This document shows, in pieces, positions 52,232-61,846 of a stretch of DNA of 64,000 nt. The notes beneath the pieces are model-generated. The model searched no databases. It was not told where the DNA came from and saw only the letters and a list, made by a program, of their open reading frames with translations. Location of the stretch: the NCBI GenBank assembly GCA_963712115.1, contig CAVQGX010000030.1, positions 128,001 to 192,000 of the forward strand, in the 5' to 3' direction. Numbering within the stretch: position 1 is the first letter of the stretch; the number at the start of each line of letters is the position of its first letter. Both the position numbers and the translations under genes were made by a program. This stretch comes from an uncultured delta proteobacterium. GTDB taxonomy: Bacteria; Desulfobacterota; Syntrophobacteria; BM002.

Positions 52232-54238
52232 TTGGTAACAAACTCGTTGACTGCGATAAGAAAAGATATTGAAGGTAAGCCCCTTCCTGTGCTCTTGCAA
52301 CGCAATGCACTCCGCTACAACGACAGCCGGGTGGCCTTGCGTGAGAAAGAATATGGCATTTGGCAACCGGTAACCTGGCAAAGGTATTATGATCACGTTA
52401 GGTATTTTTCCCTAGGTCTCAAGGCTTTAGGCTTCAGAAAAGATGACAAGCTAGCGATTATCGGAGACAACCGACCTGAATGGGTTTATGCGGAGTTGGC
52501 AGCACAATCTCTTGGCGGCATTCCCCTTGGTATCTACCAGGATTCCATTCTGACGGAAGTAGCCTACATTATAAATCATTCTGAAGCTCGAATAGTTATT
52601 GCTGAAGACCAGGAGCAGGTGGACAAGATCCTTGAGATGAAGGATGAACTGCCCTTGCTCGAAAAGATCGTGTACACGGATCGTAAGGGTATGCGCCACT
52701 ATAACGAGGATGAGCTCCTTTACTTTCCAGATTTGGAGAAACTCGGTAAGGACTACGAGGGTGAACACCCGGGGCAATTTGAAGATGGTTTGGGGGCATT
52801 AAAAGACTCGGAAATCGCCCTCATTTCTTATACCTCGGGCACCACCGGATTTCCCAAAGGCTCCCTGTTGACTCACCGCAACATGTTGCAAATGGCCCTC
52901 AACCTGCACGCGGTGGACCCCAAACATGAGTCGGACGAATTTGTCTCATTCCTGCCATTGCCCTGGATCGGCGAGCAGATGATGGCGGTGTCAAGTGCCC
53001 TGGCCATTGGTTTCACGGTAAACTTTCCTGAGGAGCCTGAAACTGCTAACGTCGATCTTTACGAAATTGGTCCCCACGTTATGTTTTCACCTCCCCGTGT
53101 CTGGGAAGGAATCTCCAGATCAGTGATGGTCAAGCATCTGGATGCCAGCTGGCTCAAGCGCAGGCTCTACAAATTGGCCATGCCTGTGGGCTACCGGATG
53201 GCAGACTTCAAGTTTGCCAGAGCAAAAGCCCCCTTTGGTTGGCGGCTTATCTACGGTCTAATGCACCTGTTGGTATTCAGGGCGCTAAAGGATCGGTTGG
53301 GATTCGCCCAATTACGGAGTGCTTCCACCGGTGGCGCCGCTTTGGGGCCTGACGTGTTCCGTTTCTTTCATGCCTTAGGTGTCAACCTTAAACAAATCTA
53401 CGGTCAGACGGAGATTTCGGGAATCTCTTGTATCCATCGTGACGGGGATATTGATTTTGACACTGTGGGAAAGCCCATTCCAGAGACTGAAATCCAGATC
53501 CATAACCCTGATCCCTCAGGAGTTGGAGAAATTGTCTCTCGGAGCCCAGCTCTATTTCAGGGGTATTACAAAAATCCTGAGGAAACCAAGAAGACTTTGC
53601 GGGAAGGCTGGCTGCATTCAGGTGATGCCGGCTACATAAACGAGGATGGCCATCTGGTCTGCATTGATCGCATCTCTGATCTGATGAGCCTGGAAGACGG
53701 GACTCAGTTTTCTCCCATGTACATAGAAAACAAATTGAAGTTCTGTCCGTACATTGTTGAAGCAGTGGTGCTCGGTCATGAGAAGCCCCACGTTACAGCG
53801 ATTATTTGCATAGACTTTAAACACACGGGCAAATGGGCAGAGGATCGTCGCATAGGTTACACTACCTATACAGATTTGGCTGGCAAAACAGAAGTCTATG
53901 ACCTGATTGAGCGTGAGGTGGTGCGAGTCAATCGCAGCCTGCCGGAAGGAGCTAGAATCCAGAAGTTCCTTCTATTGTATAAAGAATTGGACCCGGACGA
54001 TGAAGAACTCACCCGGACCAAGAAGGTGCGTCGCAAGTTCATCAATGAGAAGTATATCAAGGAGATCGACGGTCTTTACAGCAATCAACAAAGCTTGGAC
54101 ATAGAGTCAATCATCCGCTACCAGGATGGCAAAACGGCCACCTTGAATACCACGCTGCAGGTGCGGACGGTGAAGCCTCCTGAAGAGTATGCAGCAACAG
54201 AGCGGGTTTCTCTGTGGAAGAGGGTTTTTGGTGGATAA
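52232..54238 (+). CDS. Long-chain acyl-CoA synthetase (AMP-binding)
   Basis: YTSGTTGFPKG, YGQTE, GWLHSGDAG; start approximate. Confidence 0.9.
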   Translation: MVTNSLTAIRKDIEGKPLPVLLQRNALRYNDSRVALREKEYGIWQPVTWQRYYDHVRYFSLGLKALGFRKDDKLAIIGDNRPEWVYAELAAQSLGGIPLGIYQDSILTEVAYIINHSEARIVIAEDQEQVDKILEMKDELPLLEKIVYTDRKGMRHYNEDELLYFPDLEKLGKDYEGEHPGQFEDGLGALKDSEIALISYTSGTTGFPKGSLLTHRNMLQMALNLHAVDPKHESDEFVSFLPLPWIGEQMMAVSSALAIGFTVNFPEEPETANVDLYEIGPHVMFSPPRVWEGISRSVMVKHLDASWLKRRLYKLAMPVGYRMADFKFARAKAPFGWRLIYGLMHLLVFRALKDRLGFAQLRSASTGGAALGPDVFRFFHALGVNLKQIYGQTEISGISCIHRDGDIDFDTVGKPIPETEIQIHNPDPSGVGEIVSRSPALFQGYYKNPEETKKTLREGWLHSGDAGYINEDGHLVCIDRISDLMSLEDGTQFSPMYIENKLKFCPYIVEAVVLGHEKPHVTAIICIDFKHTGKWAEDRRIGYTTYTDLAGKTEVYDLIEREVVRVNRSLPEGARIQKFLLLYKELDPDDEELTRTKKVRRKFINEKYIKEIDGLYSNQQSLDIESIIRYQDGKTATLNTTLQVRTVKPPEEYAATERVSLWKRVFGG

Positions 54239-54418
54239 TGTTTAACGCATTATCCAGCGAGGCGAGAGGGCGGGCGAGACAGGAGGTCGGGTAAAAGCAA
54301 GGTTTGATTCCAAAGAATTCCACGTCTCGCTCGTCTCGCCATTTTTTGCCGATTTGCTTGGGTTCAGCGAAGAGCTATTGCCCGGCGCAATAAGGTCTTT
54401 ACAGTTTGAGGAGGCCAG

Positions 54419-55315
54419 ATGAGTCCAGGATTTCTCCATTTCGCCCAGTTAGTGGTTACTGGCTTGGTTATCGGCAGCGTGTATTCCCTCGTGGCCCTTG
54501 GTTTTGTTCTCATCTATAAAGCCACAAGTGTTATCAACTTCGCCCAGGGTGAATTTGTTTTGGTTGGTGCTTACATCTGTCTCGACCTCATATTGCGTTT
54601 TCAAATTCCCTTTGTTTGGGCTTTTTTCCTCACTATGGTTTTTTCGGTAATCTTGGGTCTGTTGGTGGAACGGCTGACTCTGAGACCGCTCATAGGGGAG
54701 CCCATCATCACTGTAATCATGGTAACTATTGGGCTGGCTACAGTGCTCAGGAGCACGGTAACCCTTTTCTGGGGAACTCAGATAAAAGTGTTTCCTTCAA
54801 TCTTTCCTCAGGAACCTCTGAACTTCCAGGGCATAGTTATTTCGGAGGTTTATCTCTGGACCCTGGGGTTCGCTCTTCTTTTTATGGCTATTTTCGCTGT
54901 ATTCTTCAAGTACTCCAGGGCTGGAATCGCCATGCGCGCCACCGCTGCTGACCAGCAGGTTTCACAATCAATGGGCATCAGCGTCAAGAAGATTTTCGCT
55001 ATCTCTTGGTGTATTGCCGCAGTTGTCTCCGGAGTGGGTGGCATTCTAATAGGCAACATAAATGGTATAAATGTCACCCTGGCAGATTTCGGCCTCAAGG
55101 TATTTCCCGCAGTTATCCTTGGAGGTCTCGACAGTATTGTGGGAGCAATCATTGGTGGCTTAACCATAGGCATTCTGGAAAACCTCATGGGAGGCTACCT
55201 TGACATGTATTTTGGCGGTGGGGTGAAGGAGGTGGCTCCCTTCGTGGTTTTGGTGGTGATCCTTATGATCAAGCCTTACGGCCTATTTGGCACGGTGGAA
55301 ATAGAGAGAGTCTGA
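54419..55315 (+). CDS. HAAT ABC transporter permease (LivH-like)
   Basis: YSLVALGFVLIYKA..INFAQG, GIAMRA, ILGGLDS. Confidence 0.92.
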   Translation: MSPGFLHFAQLVVTGLVIGSVYSLVALGFVLIYKATSVINFAQGEFVLVGAYICLDLILRFQIPFVWAFFLTMVFSVILGLLVERLTLRPLIGEPIITVIMVTIGLATVLRSTVTLFWGTQIKVFPSIFPQEPLNFQGIVISEVYLWTLGFALLFMAIFAVFFKYSRAGIAMRATAADQQVSQSMGISVKKIFAISWCIAAVVSGVGGILIGNINGINVTLADFGLKVFPAVILGGLDSIVGAIIGGLTIGILENLMGGYLDMYFGGGVKEVAPFVVLVVILMIKPYGLFGTVEIERV

Positions 55316-55368
55316 CAAACGGGGAAGTCGGAACGCGGAAGGCGGAACTATTTACCATGGGAAAATGA

Positions 55369-55470
55369 ACCACAGAGCACACGGAGGCCACAGAGAATTA
55401 GTTTGAGCATCTGAACTGGTTAAAATACTAAATGTACTAACTTCCTCTGTGTTCTCTGTGCTCTCTGTGT
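55369..55470. repeat. CACAGAG/CTCTGTG nonamer-period inverted pair
   Basis: accacagagcacacggaggccacagaga ... ctctgtgttctctgtgctctctgtg. Confidence 0.85.
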
Positions 55471-55531
55471 TTTTAACTTTCTTTCGAACAAAGATTTTGC
55501 TCACGAGATAAGGGAAAGATGGTCAGCGCCA

Positions 55532-56599
55532 ATGCCTACTGGTCTGTTTTATACTAAATACCAAGATGACGAGAAGATCTTCCATACTCTCTGGGTAAGA
55601 ATCTGGATGGGGGCTCTTCTCATTTTCCTTTTCGTGGGTTTCCCCTTTGTTGCTTCTCCTTTGAGCGGTTTTTTCGGCTTTAGTGTGCAACATATGGCCA
55701 ACATGATCGGTATTTTTATTATTGGCGCCCACGGCCTTAATCTTCTCACCGGCTTCACCGGTCAGATCTCCCTCGGTCATGGGGCCTTTATGGGAGTTGG
55801 TGCTTTCACCTCGGCGATTCTTTTTATGAAAGCTGGATGGCCCTTCTGGCTCTCCCTGCCGGCTGCAGGGTTGGTAACCGCCGGAGTGGGTATGATCTTT
55901 GGAGTTCCGTCTTTGCGCCTCCGGGGGCTCTATCTGGCCATCGCCACCATGGCTGCTCAGTTTATCATTGGGTACGCCATGCGTAACTGGACATCCCTTA
56001 CCGGAGGGAGCGGTGGTCTGAACGTAGACCGCCCCAGCATTTTTGGTTTTGCCCTAGATACTGATCTGCGTTACTACTACTTAATCCTTGTATTGGCCAT
56101 TTTTTCCACCTTATTTTTGAAAAACTTACTTCGCACCAAGACCGGTCGGGCCATGGTGGCCATTCGCGACCGCTATCTTTCAGCTGAAATAATGGGGGTT
56201 AACCTGTTCAAATACCGGCTTCTTGCCTTCGGAATCAGTTCCTTCTACGTAGGGGTTGCTGGGGGGCTTTTTGCCCACTACAATCTGGTTGTCAGTGACG
56301 AGCACTTTACCATGTGGCTTTCCATCCATTATTTGGCCATGGTAATCATCGGTGGTTTGGGCCATGTTTTGGGGGGTATCTTCGGGACCATCTTTATGGT
56401 ATTACTCCCTGAATTGCTGCGTATTCCAACTGAGATACTAAGCAACATCTATCCCAACATTTTTGCTATCTTCGGGACCTTGAGAGAACTGGTGTTTGGC
56501 CTGGTTATTATTCTATTTTTGATTTTTGAACCGGATGGTCTGGCTGCGCGCTGGCACACTGTACGCGCCTATTGGAAGTTGTGGCCCTTTTCTTACTAG
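55532..56599 (+). CDS. HAAT ABC transporter permease (LivM-like)
   Basis: GLNLLTGFTGQISLGH, YLAIAT, GRAMVAIRD, IIGGLG. Confidence 0.92.
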   Translation: MPTGLFYTKYQDDEKIFHTLWVRIWMGALLIFLFVGFPFVASPLSGFFGFSVQHMANMIGIFIIGAHGLNLLTGFTGQISLGHGAFMGVGAFTSAILFMKAGWPFWLSLPAAGLVTAGVGMIFGVPSLRLRGLYLAIATMAAQFIIGYAMRNWTSLTGGSGGLNVDRPSIFGFALDTDLRYYYLILVLAIFSTLFLKNLLRTKTGRAMVAIRDRYLSAEIMGVNLFKYRLLAFGISSFYVGVAGGLFAHYNLVVSDEHFTMWLSIHYLAMVIIGGLGHVLGGIFGTIFMVLLPELLRIPTEILSNIYPNIFAIFGTLRELVFGLVIILFLIFEPDGLAARWHTVRAYWKLWPFSY

Positions 56600-56747
56600 T
56601 GTGCGAAAATATACAGTCCGCCGATGTTAGGAGAGGAGGTGAGAAAGGACTGGAATAAGACCTACAGGGTAAAAAAATGCCAACAAGGATGGAGCCAAAG
56701 TGGCTGCCACCCTACTGATAACTGAAAAATAGAGGGGGAGGGAGATA

Positions 56748-57968
56748 ATGAAAAGGATGAAGATTTTCCAATGGGCCTGCGTGGTATTGCTTGTGACTGG
56801 ACTGGTGTTCTGGGGCTGTGGCAAGAAAGAGGCTGAACCCCTCAAGATCGGTGGCATCTTCGACATCACTGGCGCCACCTCGGGAGTGGGTAAGGACTAC
56901 GCTCAGGGCGCTAAAGATGCCGAACGTTACATTAACGAAAATGGCGGGATCAATGGCCGCAAGATTCAGTTAATTGCCAATGACTATGCCTACAAGATTC
57001 CGGAAGCCGTAAGCCTTTACAAGCAATACAAGGACGTGGACAAGGTTTTTGTCATCCAGGGATGGGGTACGGGAGACACCAATGCGCTGAAACAGCAGGT
57101 TAATAATGACAAGATTGTTTATATTTCAGCGTCTTACGACTCAAACCTCAACGATCCGTCCAAGACTCCCTACAATTTTTATGTCGGAACCAGCTATTCG
57201 GACGCCATCCGCCTTGCAATGAAGTTTGTCAAAGACTCCTTTAATGAGATGTTTCCGGATGCGAAGAATCGGGCTCCCCGGGTAGTTTTTATCTACCCTG
57301 ATCACCCCTATGGCAAGGCTCCCATACCTGCTGGTAAGGCAATGGCTCAGGAGCTGGGTATCGAAGTGGGGCCAGATGAAATTGTCGGATTGAGGGCGAT
57401 CGACGCCACCAGCCAGTTGTTGCACATGAAGGAGTTTGATCCTGACTGGGCCTGGGTTGGTGGCACAACTCCTTCCACTTCTGTAGTGGTGAAGGACGCT
57501 GCCAAACTTAATCTCCGGACCAAGATCATCTCTAATGTCTGGGGATTTGATGAAAATATTATCAAGCTTGCAGGTGACGCTGGCAACGAGCGCATTTACG
57601 GCATGGCACCCTTCGCTTTTTGGGGGGAAGATGTTCCCGGGATGAAAGCTGCCATGGAGTCAGCAAAAAAGAGCTCTCCGGATGCCAGCTATACTGTGCG
57701 CTACATTCAAGGATGGACGGCAATGATGGTCATGTGGGAAGGTCTCAAGCTCGCCGATAAGGCTGGCCAGCTGAACGGACCAGGACTTAGGGCGGCTCTT
57801 GAGACTCTTGAGAATTTTGATACCGGTGGACTAACTGCAACTGTTTCCTTTACGCCGACTGACCATCGTCCCAATACTGCCCTGCGGATCTTTAAAATGA
57901 GCGACAACAAGTTGGTCCCGGTGAAGGCTGTCTCCATTGAAAGGGAAGACCGTTTCCTGGGCTGGTAG
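56748..57968 (+). CDS. HAAT ABC transporter substrate-binding lipoprotein
   Basis: Lipobox FWGC, DITG, GGINGRKI, GWGTGDT, TPTDHR. Confidence 0.9.
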   Translation: MKRMKIFQWACVVLLVTGLVFWGCGKKEAEPLKIGGIFDITGATSGVGKDYAQGAKDAERYINENGGINGRKIQLIANDYAYKIPEAVSLYKQYKDVDKVFVIQGWGTGDTNALKQQVNNDKIVYISASYDSNLNDPSKTPYNFYVGTSYSDAIRLAMKFVKDSFNEMFPDAKNRAPRVVFIYPDHPYGKAPIPAGKAMAQELGIEVGPDEIVGLRAIDATSQLLHMKEFDPDWAWVGGTTPSTSVVVKDAAKLNLRTKIISNVWGFDENIIKLAGDAGNERIYGMAPFAFWGEDVPGMKAAMESAKKSSPDASYTVRYIQGWTAMMVMWEGLKLADKAGQLNGPGLRAALETLENFDTGGLTATVSFTPTDHRPNTALRIFKMSDNKLVPVKAVSIEREDRFLGW

Positions 57969-58019
57969 TCAAGAAGCGCATAGCGCTTCCATGTGCGAGA
58001 CGAGCGAGAGTCGGTGATA

Positions 58020-58799
58020 ATGGGAATTACCCTCAGATCTTTTAGTTCCCATCTCGCCCGACCTCCCGTCTCGCCCGACCTCCGGTTTCGTCCGACTTCC
58101 GGCCTCGCTTTTCATGCGGTTTGTTCTCCCATAGGGAATATCTTTTGCCTGGTTTATTTGCTCACAGCCGTTAGTTGCGCCTACCTCCGGCCGCACCTGA
58201 CGCCAGCAGAACTGAGCGAACGGCTTCAGTATTGTCAAGACAGATTTCTGGAAGAGTTGGTTAACATCACTTTATCCAAGGGCTATGAGGCAGTCAACGG
58301 CGAGGGTCGAGCCAGGCAAGTCCTGGAACTGAATAATTCGCGTTCCGTTACTATTCACCGGCAGTTTTTCGAAGTGCAACCTTATGGGGATGGACTATCG
58401 GAAGTATTTTTCTTGGAGAACAGAGGCTCTGTAAACCACTCGAAGTTAAGCAGTTTCCCACGCCATGCCCGGAGAGCCATCAGAGATTTTCTGAATGGAT
58501 TACCCAAAGACAGGAGGAGTCAGTACAAACCACTGTTGATCCGGCAGGAGAAGCTCTCGCGCCGGATGATCTTTTATGAGACGGATAGGGGAAAAAAGAC
58601 TTTCGAATTCACTCGTAAGGTGGGTTGTTTAGAGATAAGCAATTTATACGGACTTTACCCTCTACCAGATGGGCCATTCATTTTTTTCGGGCAGGAAAGA
58701 GAAAGACTCTCCAGGAAAGATTTTCTGCAAGCAGACGATCATTACCAAGATCTGGTAAACAATTTCCTCAGAGAGTTTCGCGGGGAAATCAAGCTATGA
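58020..58799 (+). CDS. Hypothetical, probable lipoprotein (start uncertain; 5' part runs through repeat)
   Basis: Long ORF in operon direction with hydrophobic stretch ending AVSC. Confidence 0.6.
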   Translation: MGITLRSFSSHLARPPVSPDLRFRPTSGLAFHAVCSPIGNIFCLVYLLTAVSCAYLRPHLTPAELSERLQYCQDRFLEELVNITLSKGYEAVNGEGRARQVLELNNSRSVTIHRQFFEVQPYGDGLSEVFFLENRGSVNHSKLSSFPRHARRAIRDFLNGLPKDRRSQYKPLLIRQEKLSRRMIFYETDRGKKTFEFTRKVGCLEISNLYGLYPLPDGPFIFFGQERERLSRKDFLQADDHYQDLVNNFLREFRGEIKL

Positions 58800-58982
58800 C
58801 ATGGCTTTTCCTATCCGCCTTTTGGGGAGTAATGGAGCATAGACGATTGATGATTTTAGATTGTAGATTGCAGATTGAAGATTTTTGTCGAAGATTGAAA
58901 TAATAAAAGATTTTGATGCGAAATCTTAAATCTGAAATCAGTAGAGGTGGATTGAGGCTGACTTCGGATAAAGGATTCGTGG

Positions 58983-59783
58983 ATGGCTTTGCTCAACGTA
59001 AACAACATCGAAGTAATATACAACGACGTTATTCTGGTACTGAAAGGGTTGTCCTTGAGCGTCAACCAGGGACAGATTGTTTCACTTCTAGGTGCAAATG
59101 GAGCAGGTAAGACTTCCACTCTCAAGGCTATTTCCGGATTGCTAAAGACCGAGGAAGGGGAAGTCACCGATGGGGTTATAGAGTTTGAAGGCGAACCCAT
59201 TCATCGTCTTGAACCAGAGGAGATTGTTCGGCGGGGTATTTTTCAGGTTATGGAAGGCAGGAGAGTATTTGAGGATCTAACCGTAGAAGAAAACCTGATA
59301 GCAGCGGCCCATCTACAAAAGGGACGAAAAAAGATTAAAGGGTTACAGGAATTGGTTTATTCCTATTTCCCGAGGATCAAAGAACGGCAAAACGCTCTTG
59401 CCGGCTATTTGAGCGGCGGGGAACAACAGATGCTGGTTATTGGCAGGGCACTCATGGCCCAACCAAAACTTATGCTGCTGGATGAACCGTCCTTAGGACT
59501 CAGCCCCCTGTTGGTGGGTGAAATCTTCCACATAATCAAGAAGATCAACGAAGAACAGAAGACCACAATTTTGTTGGTTGAGCAAAACGCTCGACTGGCT
59601 CTGACCATATCTGACTACGGCTATATCATGGAGAACGGACGGATCGTCCTGGATGATACTGTGGAAAAGCTGCGGGACAATGAGGACGTGAAGCGATTTT
59701 ATTTGGGCTTGACTGAAGTGGGTACTAAACGCTCTTACCGGGATGTTAAATATTACAAACGCCGTAAGAGGTGGCTGACCTAG
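58983..59783 (+). CDS. HAAT ABC transporter ATP-binding protein (LivF-like)
   Basis: GANGAGKT, EGRRVF, LSGGEQQM, DEPSLGL, VEQN. Confidence 0.93.
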   Translation: MALLNVNNIEVIYNDVILVLKGLSLSVNQGQIVSLLGANGAGKTSTLKAISGLLKTEEGEVTDGVIEFEGEPIHRLEPEEIVRRGIFQVMEGRRVFEDLTVEENLIAAAHLQKGRKKIKGLQELVYSYFPRIKERQNALAGYLSGGEQQMLVIGRALMAQPKLMLLDEPSLGLSPLLVGEIFHIIKKINEEQKTTILLVEQNARLALTISDYGYIMENGRIVLDDTVEKLRDNEDVKRFYLGLTEVGTKRSYRDVKYYKRRKRWLT

Positions 59784-60030
59784 GCAGCGGGCAGAAATAA
59801 GAGGTCAGAGATCAGAGGTCGGAGGTCAGACGAAAGAAGACAGCTTGCAGTGTGGTTATCCGTTATTACTTCTTCGGGTGATTTGTTCCTATGAGCTGTT
59901 TTAAAGGTTTCTACGATTTCTACGACTTTTACGGTTTCAACGATTTGAACGACTTGAACGATTTCAACGGTTTTAACGATTTGACCATTTGACGAATTGA
60001 CCAATTGACTACTAGGCTATGGGCATAGCG
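59783..60030. repeat. Intergenic mosaic repeat with long AACGATTTC run
   Basis: About nine nonamer units followed by ATTGAC octamers. Confidence 0.88.
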
Positions 60031-60044
60031 AAAGGCTGGTAGCT

Positions 60045-60434
60045 ATGACACTTCACTCCTATGTGGGCAGCAACACGATTATAAAGGGCAATCTTGAGTG
60101 CAGTGAAGATTTTCTCGTGGAGGGCGCCGTTGAAGGCAACCTGAGTTCCGAGGGCCTAATAGTCTTGGGGAAGGACGCGGTGGTTAAAGGTGAGGTATCG
60201 GCAAAGGAAGTTGCCATTTCAGGAATTGTCGCGGGTACAGTAAGATGCTCGGAAAGACTTGAAATCTACGAGTCTGCCAAAATCATAGGCACAATTCAGG
60301 CGCCTGTCCTCAAGATGGCCGCAGGCGCACAGATTGACGCCAGAATAATAATGTCTCGGAAAGTTGACGACGTTGAGCTTATTTCTCAATCCCCCGAAGA
60401 TTCATATCCCTCACTGGTCAAGTCCGGCAACTAG
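60045..60434 (+). CDS. Bactofilin (polymer-forming cytoskeletal) family protein
   Basis: IKGNL..VEGAVEGNL..VKGEV..ISGIVAGTV beta-helix repeats. Confidence 0.88.
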   Translation: MTLHSYVGSNTIIKGNLECSEDFLVEGAVEGNLSSEGLIVLGKDAVVKGEVSAKEVAISGIVAGTVRCSERLEIYESAKIIGTIQAPVLKMAAGAQIDARIIMSRKVDDVELISQSPEDSYPSLVKSGN

Positions 60435-60552
60435 AGTTGTCAGTGGTCAGCAGTCAGTGGCAAGGCATGGGGCATAGGGCTAAAAGGAAAACTCTATGCG
60501 CCAAGCTCCATGCTCCAGGCGGTGAACGCAGTGAACCAACAACGGACGATAA

Positions 60553-61023
60553 TCATTCCGGCATTGGTTCCAAAGTCAATTCGTGACTGATATCGATACA
60601 GCCAATCACGCTCTGTGCCCCAGGACACAGGGGCAGGTAAGTATTCAGGGCTTCCCTGGCATCTTCCCATTTTTCCTCTGGGGCTTTGAGCGTATAGTGG
60701 ACTTTGATCCGTGTAATTTTCAGAACTTTGTCAACCTCTTCAATATCACCTGTTACCTCAGCCTCATATAGATGTTCGAAGGTTCGAATTTTTTTGCCGG
60801 CCAGTACCACGGCCAGTGTGCCCATCATTCAGCCGCCCACCGCGCCGACGATGTGATCCAAAGTGGCGGCGTGCTCTTGTTCAGGTTCTACCTTGTAAAA
60901 ATCCTTTATTCCACCGTGGATGCCATAATAAACCGGTTCACCAAAGCCTTTGATGAGGGCCTTCCTGGTTGGTCCCTTCTCTCTCGTAATGGTGATCTGT
61001 GAACTGTGCACAACCTTACCCAT
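60553..61023 (-). CDS. OsmC/Ohr-like selenoprotein (156 aa; Sec at in-frame TGA 60829-60831)
   Basis: Two abutting in-frame ORFs join as AVGG-U-MMGTL at the OsmC catalytic Cys position; second Cys in LCP; AGGAGG RBS. Confidence 0.85.
60797..60816 (-). promoter_or_regulatory. Putative bacterial SECIS hairpin
   Basis: CTGGCCGT-GGT-AC-T-GGCCGG starting 12 nt after UGA; G-containing apical loop and bulged U. Confidence 0.6.
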
Positions 61024-61043
61024 GATTTCCTCCTAATTTAATC

Positions 61044-61475
61044 CTAGCTTCGCAGCAGGTCATCAACTGGCGTAGCTTTTTCGAGTATATCTCCAAGGCT
61101 CAGGGAGAAAAGCTGTTGCTTGAGCATATCCGTCATTCCGACCCAGATCTCCCTCGTTGGACACTCGGTAGCACGATAACAGAGCTCGGGTTCCAAGACA
61201 CAATCTACGACCGATAGTTTTCCTTCGAGTGTCTCAACTATCTCGCCCACACTTATCGCTTCAGGCTTTCTCGCCAGCATGTAGCCACCGCGTCTCCCCC
61301 TAACACTTCGAATAAGACCGGCCCCTCTTAGCAAGATGATTAGCTGCTCAAGATACTTGGCGGAAAGATCCTGTCGCTTGGCGATCTCAGCAAGTGGTAC
61401 AGGCCCATCAGCATAGTGCTGAGCCAGATCAACCATCAGTCGAGTACCGTATCTACCGCGCGTCGAGAGTCTCAT
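61044..61475 (-). CDS. Rrf2-family transcriptional regulator with three Fe-S ligand Cys
   Basis: MRLSTRGRYG, YLEQL, SVRGRRGGY, C-x6-C-x5-C. Confidence 0.93.
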   Translation of the reverse strand: MRLSTRGRYGTRLMVDLAQHYADGPVPLAEIAKRQDLSAKYLEQLIILLRGAGLIRSVRGRRGGYMLARKPEAISVGEIVETLEGKLSVVDCVLEPELCYRATECPTREIWVGMTDMLKQQLFSLSLGDILEKATPVDDLLRS

Positions 61476-61650
61476 AAAGCCTCCCCAATACATACAATAT
61501 ATATAGATTAGCTAGAGATTAACAGGCTACACACCGACTGTCAAAACAAATCTTTGAAAATGCTACAGCGAGCGCATTCCCCGTCTCGCCCGGGCGGGAC
61601 TGCGGGGGTAGCAGGCGAACTACAATAAAATGGAATCTCTTCTTTACATT

Positions 61651-61846
61651 TAGCCCGGATAATTTCATGAATCACCTGCTGCGACCACAGATATGGCCGT
61701 CCTTCCTGGCGTCCTCGGGTGTCGATCCCTGCGACGGACCCTTCAGGTACGCCTCGGATCCAATCCCGCGGTACCGCGGGACGGTTGCCAGCTGGCACGC
61801 CCATCTTCGCGGTCTCGCAACAGTAATTCATGAAATATCAGGGCTA
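61651..61846 (+). mobile_element. MITE copy 3
   Basis: TAGCCCGGATAATTTCATGAA ... TTCATGAAATATCAGGGCTA; interior similar to copy 1. Confidence 0.88.

Noticed and set aside
60553-61023. Two separate small genes, or a nonsense pseudogene
   Set aside because: The stop is UGA exactly at the catalytic Cys position with a SECIS-like hairpin, favouring one selenoprotein
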